Assembly: GCA_964615185.1 (NCBI GenBank)
Contig: CAZTOS010000056.1
Coordinates: 1 to 15,204, forward strand
Reading direction: 5' to 3'
Origin: an uncultured Thermococci archaeon
GTDB taxonomy: Archaea > Methanobacteriota_B > Thermococci > Thermococcales > Thermococcaceae
DNA: 15,204 nt
In this document: positions 6,872-13,548 of the stretch, one piece after another
Numbering within the stretch: the stretch's first letter is position 1
How the letters are laid out: every line of letters begins with the position of its first letter
The notes under the pieces: generated by a model
What the model was told of the DNA's origin: nothing
Databases searched by the model: none
Seen by the model: only the letters and a program-made list of their open reading frames with translations
Program-made: the position numbers and the translations under genes

Positions 6872-7520
6872 GTGATTCCGCAAATTCAATCTCTAAATCA
6901 ACGTCAAGACCTTCAAAAGCCTCTCTTATTTGTTCTTCAAAAACTTCAGCCTCTGGGCTGTCCTTGGGAATATTAAGCATTATCTTAACTTTTCTGCCTT
7001 CAATCTTACATCCCTTATACTTATCCCCTCTAAGAACGCTTTCCCCAGTAAGTGGGTCAATAACTGCCGCAAGAATCAGCTTAACAAAGCTCTCGTCAAT
7101 TTCTCTCCTCCCTTGGATAACATCCCACTTCGCCAAAGCCTGCTTAAGTCCTTCAGCCGCTAATACTGCACAGTGATATTTGATCTGCGGCAATCCTCCA
7201 AGCTCTTCCACAATGTCCTTGAATTTAATTTTCTTGGCTTCTTCGATAGTTTTTCCTTTTATCATTTCTGTGAGCACTGAGGCAGTTGCAATATTCGCGG
7301 CACAACCGTAACTCCTGAATTTAGCGTCAACTATTTTGTCATTCTCAATCTTCAGATAGAGCTTTATCATGTCTCCACATGCTGGACTTCCTGCTTTTGC
7401 CGTGACACTTGGATTTTCTATTTCTCCAACATTTTTTGGATGAAGAAAGTACTGTAAGACCTTCCTCGAATAACCTATCCTCTTTTTCTCGTCCCATTTT
7501 CTGGCATCAAATCTTTCCAT
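6858..7520 (-). CDS. iscU: IscU/NifU-N (MisU-type) Fe-S scaffold fused to a C-terminal DUF59/SufT-like domain
   Basis: 'YS.KVLQYFLHPKNVG', ACGD (C48, D50), YGCA (C73), LPQIKYHC (H116, C117). Extra residues about 141-213 read 'LAAVIDPLTGESV...KVKIMLNIPKDSPEAEVFEEQIREAF'. Confidence 0.9.
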   Translation of the reverse strand: MERFDARKWDEKKRIGYSRKVLQYFLHPKNVGEIENPSVTAKAGSPACGDMIKLYLKIENDKIVDAKFRSYGCAANIATASVLTEMIKGKTIEEAKKIKFKDIVEELGGLPQIKYHCAVLAAEGLKQALAKWDVIQGRREIDESFVKLILAAVIDPLTGESVLRGDKYKGCKIEGRKVKIMLNIPKDSPEAEVFEEQIREAFEGLDVDLEIEFAESLSSA

Positions 7521-7742
7521 TTATCTCACCTTTTTCACGACGATTCTCCAAACACCGTCTTTCTCGTCGATTTCAAGGATTTCTTGACCTGTTTCATCGG
7601 CTGCTAACGCTATTTCACCCTTACTTAACTCATGAGTGCCAACAATCTCAATTATCTCTCCAACTTTGGCTTTTCTCAAAGCCTTCCTGAATTCATTGAG
7701 TGGGATTGGACATTCTTTTCCTATGACATTGATCTTTATCAT
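7521..7742 (-). CDS. tusA: TusA/SirA-family sulfur carrier protein
   Basis: 73 aa with 'INVIGKECPIP' CPxP motif and 'KVGEIIEIV'. The start overlaps the iscS stop (ATGA); the stop abuts the iscU ATG. Confidence 0.85.
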   Translation of the reverse strand: MIKINVIGKECPIPLNEFRKALRKAKVGEIIEIVGTHELSKGEIALAADETGQEILEIDEKDGVWRIVVKKVR

Positions 7743-8887
7743 CCCTTACCACCGTAGATGCTGATTTCCCTTAGTTTTTCAACGACATCCTTTATAATCT
7801 CATACGCCTTTACTATCTCATCCTCAGTTGTCCACTTGCTTAAGCTCAGCCTCACTGAACCGTGAGCATCTTCAAATGAGCCCCCAATGGCTCTAATTAC
7901 ATGACTTGGCAAAAGTTCTTGCGAATAACATGCAGAACCAGTTGAAAACACCAGCCCTCTCAAGTCACAGTGGAGTAAAATGCTTTCTCCTTCAACGTAA
8001 GCGAATGAAACGTTTACATTATTGGGCAACCTTTTATCTCCTCTTGGACCGTTGAGCTTTGTATCGGGGATGCTTAAGAGCAAATCAATTAGCTTATCCC
8101 TGAGCTTTGCCATTCTCTTAGCATCATCGTAGTTTATTAACTCTACAGCTTTTCCAAAGCCAGCTATTGCTGGAACATTGATCATTCCTGGTCTTATTCC
8201 TCTTTCCCTCACATCTCCATCAAGGAGAGGTTTGAGTTTAACCCCATCCCTTATATAAAGTGCGGCAATTCCCTTAGGGCCGTGGATTAAGTGAGCGGTA
8301 ATGCTCATTAAGTCAACATCCAGCTTTTTGACATCTATTTTAACTTTACCAAAGGCATGATTTGCATCCAAATAGAGGAGAGCGCCTTTATCATGAACTA
8401 TCTCAGAGATTGCTTTGATGTCTTGGATAGTTCCAATTTCAAAGTTCCCTAAGTGAGTAGCGAAGAGAATTGTATCTTTCAAATTGCTTTGAAGGTCTTC
8501 AAGGTTTATAAAGCCCTCTCTATCAACATTAACTTCATAAGTGTCAAATCCCCAATCTTCCAGTCTTTTGACTGTGTTAAGAATTGCTTTTCTCTCAATT
8601 TTACTTGTCAAAACTTTTCCTTTCTCTTTAGCCCATGCTGTACCTTTTATCGCCAAATTATCAGCTTCAGTTTCATCAGAGACAAAAATAATCTCGTCTG
8701 GAGACGCATTTATTTCCTTCGCTATCTTTTCTCTCGCCTCTTCTATGGCTTCTCTTGCTTCCTCGTCAAATATATGTCCAAATTCGCCTCCTGGAGTTCC
8801 GTATTTCTCTTCCAGATACTCAAGCATTACCTTAATTACCTCTGGATCGGGCTTAGTGGTGTTTGCATTATCCAAATAAATAACCAT
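7739..8887 (-). CDS. iscS: IscS/NifS-type (class I) cysteine desulfurase homolog lacking PLP-binding residues (probable pseudo-desulfurase)
   Basis: 'IYLDNANTT', 'GPKG', 'RLPNNVNVSF..VEGE', 'STGSAC' (C323), 'PSHVIRAIG', 'GSVRLSL' identify the family. The SAHK motif reads TAHL (L203, TTA at 8290-8288). Probable start ATG8887 after AGGTGA RBS; residue numbers follow the ORF starting at 8896. Confidence 0.9.
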   Translation of the reverse strand: MVIYLDNANTTKPDPEVIKVMLEYLEEKYGTPGGEFGHIFDEEAREAIEEAREKIAKEINASPDEIIFVSDETEADNLAIKGTAWAKEKGKVLTSKIERKAILNTVKRLEDWGFDTYEVNVDREGFINLEDLQSNLKDTILFATHLGNFEIGTIQDIKAISEIVHDKGALLYLDANHAFGKVKIDVKKLDVDLMSITAHLIHGPKGIAALYIRDGVKLKPLLDGDVRERGIRPGMINVPAIAGFGKAVELINYDDAKRMAKLRDKLIDLLLSIPDTKLNGPRGDKRLPNNVNVSFAYVEGESILLHCDLRGLVFSTGSACYSQELLPSHVIRAIGGSFEDAHGSVRLSLSKWTTEDEIVKAYEIIKDVVEKLREISIYGGKG

Positions 8888-8920
8888 CTTTTTCACCTGC
8901 GTATCACTAAACGGAGATCA

Positions 8921-8928
8921 TTTTTAAG
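8921..8928 (-). promoter_or_regulatory. Probable TATA box (CTTAAAAA) for the iscS-tusA-iscU operon
   Basis: Minus strand CAGCAATA-CTTAAAAA, about 34 nt upstream of ATG8887. Confidence 0.45.
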
Positions 8929-8951
8929 TATTGCTGGACAGAGCTGTGTAA

Positions 8952-9341
8952 CTACCCGAATAAATCTATACATATCCTGCATTCTGCTGGATTTACCTCG
9001 GGATCAATTTTCTCATGGAGAGAGCAGAGATAGCCTTTCCCAAGCATTTTTAGTGCAATTTTAACAAGTTCTGCATGTATTTGGTATTCACTTGGCTTTT
9101 TCCTAATTATCTCCTCTGCAAGCTTTCTGAGATCTGCATCAATATCCGGAAATTTTGAAACTTCTATAAGTGCTCCCCTATTCATTCGCAAATACCTTGA
9201 AACAGCGGATTGAGTAATATGCAGAAGTTCAGCGACTTGAGTTTGGGTCAACTTATGCTCCTTGTAAAGAATTTCAACTAACCGCCTTCTCAATGAAGGA
9301 TAAACATATTTAGCCGCAACCTCAAAGGCATTTATTTTCAT
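8952..9341 (-). CDS. Archaeal HTH transcriptional regulator (COG2522-like) with C-terminal C-x2-H...C-x2-C motif
   Basis: 'YVYPSLRRRLVEIL', HTH 'LTQTQVAELLHITQSAVSRYL', tail 'LCSLH...ECRIC'. Probable leaderless start ATG9341, about 23 nt below a TTATATAT box at 9371-9364. Confidence 0.85.
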   Translation of the reverse strand: MKINAFEVAAKYVYPSLRRRLVEILYKEHKLTQTQVAELLHITQSAVSRYLRMNRGALIEVSKFPDIDADLRKLAEEIIRKKPSEYQIHAELVKIALKMLGKGYLCSLHEKIDPEVNPAECRICIDLFG

Positions 9342-9351
9342 GATTCCTAAT

Positions 9352-9365
9352 ATGACGCGTGGCAT
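9352..9365. promoter_or_regulatory. Putative operator box 1, ATGAC-GCGT-GGCAT
   Basis: Near-palindrome (extends to ATATGAC...GGCATAT, 9350-9367) between the regulator's TATA box and its start codon. Confidence 0.6.
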
Positions 9366-9400
9366 ATATAACCTTTATTGAACAAAAATGTGTAGAAAGG

Positions 9401-9408
9401 TTTAAAAG
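9401..9408 (+). promoter_or_regulatory. BRE/TATA (AGAAAGG-TTTAAAAG) for the DUF438-hemerythrin-PAS gene
   Basis: Canonical Thermococcales promoter about 35 nt upstream of ATG9443. Confidence 0.65.
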
Positions 9409-9416
9409 TGTTAAAT

Positions 9417-9430
9417 ATGACATATGTCAT
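9417..9430. promoter_or_regulatory. Putative operator box 2, perfect palindrome ATGACATATGTCAT
   Basis: 14-bp perfect inverted repeat between the TATA box (9401-9408) and the RBS (GGGTGA, 9433-9438). Confidence 0.7.
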
Positions 9431-9442
9431 GAGGGTGATAAA

Positions 9443-10780
9443 ATGACTGAAATCTTGAAAAATCGTGAGTATAAGAAAGAGAAAATGAAAGAGCTTTTGA
9501 AGAAAATCCACAAAGGAGAAGACGTTGAAAAGCTCAAAGAGGAGTTTAAAGAACTCTTGAGGAGCATCTCTCCGTTAGAAATACCCCTCATTGAGCAAGA
9601 ACTTGTTAAAGAGGGTATTTCTGCAAGAGAAATCGCAAAGATGTGCGACATCCACGTTGAGCTTTTCAGAGAAGCGGTTTCTGAAGCTGAGAAGGAGGAG
9701 CTGAGTGATATTCCTCCGGGTCATCCCCTCCACACACTCTATGAAGAGAACAAGGAAATTATGAAAGATGCAGAGATGCTCAATCTTTACGCTTTAACTT
9801 TAGCCAACACAAAGGATGAAAAGATGAGAAAAGAAATCCTTGGGGTTCTTAAAGGGATAGCTAACCAGCTCAGGGCTGTTGGATTCACTCACTACAACAG
9901 GGAGGAGATGTTGCTCTTTCCTTACCTTGAGAGGAGGGGCATTACAGCCGTCCCAACAGTCCTCTGGACAAAGCATGATGAAATAAGGGCAATGATAAAG
10001 CAGCTAATTGAGATATTAAATAAAGAAAATAAAATGGATTGGGAAGACTTCGTGAAGAAGGTCAAAGAAAAAGCTTCAGAACTTTCAAGAGCTCTAGTTG
10101 ACATGGTATTCAGGGAGAACAACATACTCTATCCAACACTAAAAGCTCTGCTCTCTGAGGGAGAATGGGACGCTATAACACAGCAGGAAGATGCCATAGG
10201 ATACTACAAAGTTAAGCCTGGAAATAAATGGAAGCCAAAAGCTAAGCCCCTTCACCCCTACGAAATTGACACAACCCTAACAGCAGAACAAATCTTAAGT
10301 TTGCCAAAGGAAGTCCAGATGACACTTAAGGGACAGAAGCTTGAGGGAGATAAGACAAAAGTAAAAAGAGAAGGCGACCTGGAGCTTGATATCGGATATC
10401 TCTCGCCAAAAGAAATAGACGCAATATTTAAACACCTTCCCGTTGATATAACATTCATAGACAAAGACGACAGAGTACGGTTTTTCTCTGGTGGAGACAG
10501 AATATTTACGAGGACACCCTCGATAATCGGAAGACCTGTGCAGCTCTGCCATCCACCAAAGAGCGTCCATATAGTTAACAAAATTCTCAAGGCATTTAAA
10601 GAAGGCAGAAAAGATGTTGCGGAATTCTGGATTCAAATGGGCGGAAGGTTTATACACATCCGCTACTTCGCTGTGAGGGACGAGAACGGTGAGTATTTGG
10701 GAACTCTTGAAGTTGTTCAAGATGTTACTGAAATTAGAAAGCTTGAAGGAGAAAAGAGACTTTTGGACTGGAGGAATTGA
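9443..10780 (+). CDS. DUF438 + hemerythrin-like + PAS domain protein (COG2461-like)
   Basis: DUF438 'ISPLEIPLIEQEL...MCDIHVELF'; hemerythrin-like 'GHPLHTLYEEN', 'HYNREEMLLFP', 'WTKHDEIR', 'MVFRENNILYP'; PAS 'LPVDITFIDKDDRVRFFS...IGRPVQLCHPPKS'. Start ATG9443 with GGGTGAT RBS; the ORF track starts at 9359. Confidence 0.9.
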   Translation: MTEILKNREYKKEKMKELLKKIHKGEDVEKLKEEFKELLRSISPLEIPLIEQELVKEGISAREIAKMCDIHVELFREAVSEAEKEELSDIPPGHPLHTLYEENKEIMKDAEMLNLYALTLANTKDEKMRKEILGVLKGIANQLRAVGFTHYNREEMLLFPYLERRGITAVPTVLWTKHDEIRAMIKQLIEILNKENKMDWEDFVKKVKEKASELSRALVDMVFRENNILYPTLKALLSEGEWDAITQQEDAIGYYKVKPGNKWKPKAKPLHPYEIDTTLTAEQILSLPKEVQMTLKGQKLEGDKTKVKREGDLELDIGYLSPKEIDAIFKHLPVDITFIDKDDRVRFFSGGDRIFTRTPSIIGRPVQLCHPPKSVHIVNKILKAFKEGRKDVAEFWIQMGGRFIHIRYFAVRDENGEYLGTLEVVQDVTEIRKLEGEKRLLDWRN

Positions 10781-10840
10781 AATGATTGTTGTAAAAGTTG
10801 AAGAAGCAGTCTATATAAAGCCTGTAGGGTGGGGTGAACA

Positions 10841-11938
10841 ATGAAAGGGAATGAAAAGATATTCAAAAGGAGAGTAGAAAGATTTCAAGAGCTCCTAAGA
10901 GAGAAGGAAATAGATGGGGCTGTTATAAGAACTCTTTCGACTTTTATTTATTTCACTGGGACTAAATGGCTCAGGCCTTCACTCCTTATTCCAGCAGAAG
11001 GCGAGCCGTTAGTTATTGTGGCTAAAGGAGAAAAGGAGCTTTTCACGCAGAGGAGCTGGATTGAAAATGTGGAAGAGTTTCAAAAGACGGAAGATTTGAT
11101 GGCAATTGTGACGATGTGGATTAGGAAGAACGGCTACAACACTATCGGTATGGAATTCTCCATCGAGAGAGATGCATACATTTTGTTTTATGAAATTTTC
11201 AAGCGACTTAATCCCGGCGTGGAAATCCAAGATGTCAGACCCCTTACGATGCAACTAAGAATGATAAAAGACGAGTGGGAGCTTGAAAATATACGAAAGG
11301 CTGGAAAAATTGCAGTTAAAGGCATGAAAGTGGCAGTAGAAACCATAAGACCGGGAAAAAGTGAGCTTGAGACAGCGGCTGAAATCGTTAGAGAACTCAT
11401 GCTCAGCGGAAGCGAAGACCCAAAGGTGTATGTCTCTGCAACGCCAAGAGTACACGCTGAGCCTTTTAGAGATGTCAAAGTTGAGAGGGGCAAATTTGTA
11501 ACCGTGGTAATCGGCGCTGACTACAACAGCTATTATGCAAACATGACGAGGAGCTTTTTCATCGGTGAACCAGAAGAAAGAACCAAGAGAGCTATTGAAG
11601 CCATGGAGAGAGTTCATCAGATAGCTCTGGAGAAGACCCGGCCGGGAGTTACTTTCGCTCAGGTGGAGAGAGAAATAGCCGCCGTTTACAGGGAGAAGGG
11701 ACTCCAAGAGTACTACATAACGGGCTATGCCCATGGAGTTGGACTTTTAATTGAAGAAGACCCAATAACCACCATCGTGGTTCCTCATAGAGCCATGAAG
11801 GCTCAAGAAGGAATGGTTCTGGCAATGGTGCATGCTCCTCTCATTATTCCCGAGGGTGCCGTGAAAAAGGAAGACACTATAATACTTGGCAAAGGAGTTG
11901 AGAACGTTACACCCTTTGATGCCCCGCTCTTCCTTTAG
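10841..11938 (+). CDS. M24 (Xaa-Pro peptidase/prolidase/creatinase) family protein with degenerate metal ligands
   Basis: Creatinase-N-like start, 'LRMIKDEWE', 'RPGKSELE', 'YYANMTRS', 'HGVGL', 'KEDT'. GGGGTGA RBS. Confidence 0.9.
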   Translation: MKGNEKIFKRRVERFQELLREKEIDGAVIRTLSTFIYFTGTKWLRPSLLIPAEGEPLVIVAKGEKELFTQRSWIENVEEFQKTEDLMAIVTMWIRKNGYNTIGMEFSIERDAYILFYEIFKRLNPGVEIQDVRPLTMQLRMIKDEWELENIRKAGKIAVKGMKVAVETIRPGKSELETAAEIVRELMLSGSEDPKVYVSATPRVHAEPFRDVKVERGKFVTVVIGADYNSYYANMTRSFFIGEPEERTKRAIEAMERVHQIALEKTRPGVTFAQVEREIAAVYREKGLQEYYITGYAHGVGLLIEEDPITTIVVPHRAMKAQEGMVLAMVHAPLIIPEGAVKKEDTIILGKGVENVTPFDAPLFL

Positions 11939-11965
11939 TCTTTTCACTTAAGGATAATGAAAAAA

Positions 11966-12781
11966 TCAAAAAGCTCCGCTTCCAATCCCACAAATCTTTG
12001 CGAAGGGACATTCTTCACAGTTCTCTGTGTATGGTTTGAGATAAGGCTCCCCTTTAATCTGCTTTGTAATTTCCTTTGCTTTTTTCATATCCTCATCATC
12101 ACCTTCCAGAACAAGTGTAATGCTACCTTCTGCTCCACCAGCTCCTCCAGCGGCTATTGGAATTACATCAACGTTCGCCAATATCTCATAAGCTTCAACT
12201 TCAGTTATCGGCACAGCGTGAGGTATCGGCACTAATGCAGCATAAAGTCCGGTTCCCCAGTCAAAGGAATGGATTCCCGTTATTTTTGCACTGTATTCAA
12301 CGGGTGTTGGCACAAATTTCTCAAGGCTTACTGGCGCAATCGTTAGGACACCTTTTGTTATCGTCCAGCCGAATGTTCTCCCTATCGTTCCCCCATCTGA
12401 AGCTGCAGCAAGCACCGCAACATTCCAGTTGACATCTATAGCGTTTGCTCCTTTGATAAAAACGTCTTCAGGCCCCATTTCTTTCAATGCCTCTATTGGT
12501 TCTCCTTCAAATGGCTTCCCCTTGTAGAGGACAAGATGTTTAGGCCAAGTTTTCTTTGGGGTTACACATGTCCTTCCTTTGCTTATAACTCCAACAGTCC
12601 ACTTTTCTTTTTCAATTTTCTTGCCTAAAATCTCCTCTGCAATATAAGCCGCTGTTGTGCCCGTTGCAATGTAGACAAAGCCATGCTTTAAGGCATATTG
12701 GACTTCATCCAAGGCCACAACGGCTTTGGCAATTAAGCGCTTGCTCTCCGGTGGGGTGAGTGTAACTAAAGCTCTTTGCAT
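11966..12781 (-). CDS. Conserved hypothetical protein, NagB/RpiA/CoA-transferase-like motifs, C-terminal Cys cluster
   Basis: 'VYIATGTTAAY' and 'DVFIKGANAID' resemble RpiA/DeoR-C/eIF2B-type motifs. Tail CEECPFAKIC. Probable start ATG12781 after GGTGAT RBS; the ORF track starts at 12790. Confidence 0.65.
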   Translation of the reverse strand: MQRALVTLTPPESKRLIAKAVVALDEVQYALKHGFVYIATGTTAAYIAEEILGKKIEKEKWTVGVISKGRTCVTPKKTWPKHLVLYKGKPFEGEPIEALKEMGPEDVFIKGANAIDVNWNVAVLAAASDGGTIGRTFGWTITKGVLTIAPVSLEKFVPTPVEYSAKITGIHSFDWGTGLYAALVPIPHAVPITEVEAYEILANVDVIPIAAGGAGGAEGSITLVLEGDDEDMKKAKEITKQIKGEPYLKPYTENCEECPFAKICGIGSGAF

Positions 12782-12876
12782 ATGCATCACCGCATTAAAA
12801 TTTGCATCGAAGTTATATTAAACTATTCCATGCCAATAATTCAACAGGTGAAATCTTTGAAAAGGCCATAAGGTGC

Positions 12877-12907
12877 AGAAAACTCAATAAAAACAAGAAA
12901 AGAAGAA
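12877..12907 (-). terminator. Oligo-T terminator at the end of the mbs operon
   Basis: Minus strand TTCTTCTTTTCTTGTTTTTATTGAGTTTTCT directly after the mbsN stop. Confidence 0.55.
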
Positions 12908-13543
12908 TCATGAAGAATTTCCTTCCTTCTTTCCGGTTTTTGCAGGCTTGGGCTTGGCAGCAGCTGGTGGTCTAAGTCCATAGCCGAGGATCTTAAACTT
13001 GAACACCTCCCCATCCCTGAAATAGTATGTTACCTCTTTTGTCTCCTTGTTGAACTCAATCTTTACAACCGGGAATCTGTAATCTGGGAATTTCTCATTG
13101 ATTTCCTTGATTTTGTCTGGATGAATTGGAACCCAGTCAAAGAGCTCAATCTCCTCATCTTTCCACTCAGTTGTGAGCATGAAGTTCTCAACAAATCCAA
13201 GTGCACCAGTTGGACACACATCCACACAGAACTGGCAGAATGTACATCTGCCATAGTCAATCTTCGGATGCGGTCTCTTTTCGACTTTGCCGTCAACTTC
13301 AATCCACGTCATCTCAATTGCCCTCGCCGGACATATCTGGCCGCAGAAGTTACAGCCAATGCATTTTTTCCAGTCAAGTGAATGGAATCCCCTGTATTTT
13401 TCAGCGATTTGAGTTTTTTCGTAGGGTATTTTGATTGTTACGGGCTTTTTGAAGAGGTACTTTAACCCAAGCCAAGGTTTAATGTATGAGGGTTTTTTCT
13501 TGATTTTGCTCTCGGGTGCAACCTTAAAATCAATCTCCTCCAT
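12908..13543 (-). CDS. mbxN: Membrane-bound sulfane reductase (MBS/MBX) subunit N, NuoI-like 2x[4Fe-4S]
   Basis: CIGCNFCGQICP and CTFCQFCVDVCP; 'KKPVTIKIPYE', 'KYRGFH'. Follows mbxL. Probable start ATG13543 after AGGTGA RBS. Confidence 0.92.
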   Translation of the reverse strand: MEEIDFKVAPESKIKKKPSYIKPWLGLKYLFKKPVTIKIPYEKTQIAEKYRGFHSLDWKKCIGCNFCGQICPARAIEMTWIEVDGKVEKRPHPKIDYGRCTFCQFCVDVCPTGALGFVENFMLTTEWKDEEIELFDWVPIHPDKIKEINEKFPDYRFPVVKIEFNKETKEVTYYFRDGEVFKFKILGYGLRPPAAAKPKPAKTGKKEGNSS

Positions 13544-13548
13544 TTCCA

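Noticed and set aside
8908..8921. Third operator copy in the iscS promoter (minus strand ATGAT-CTCC-GTTTA)
   Set aside because: Only 6 of 10 informative positions match ATGAC-N4-GTCAT, too weak to call.
8453..9064. 203-aa plus-strand ORF, and the other short antisense or alternate-frame ORFs nested in called genes
   Set aside because: They overlap well-supported genes, have atypical composition and show no family motifs.
8897..9442. SurR sulfur-response sites (GTT-N3-AAC) in the iscS and regulator/hemerythrin promoters
   Set aside because: No exact match found by eye in the intergenic segments 8897-8951 or 9342-9442, so sulfur regulation of the locus remains unsupported.
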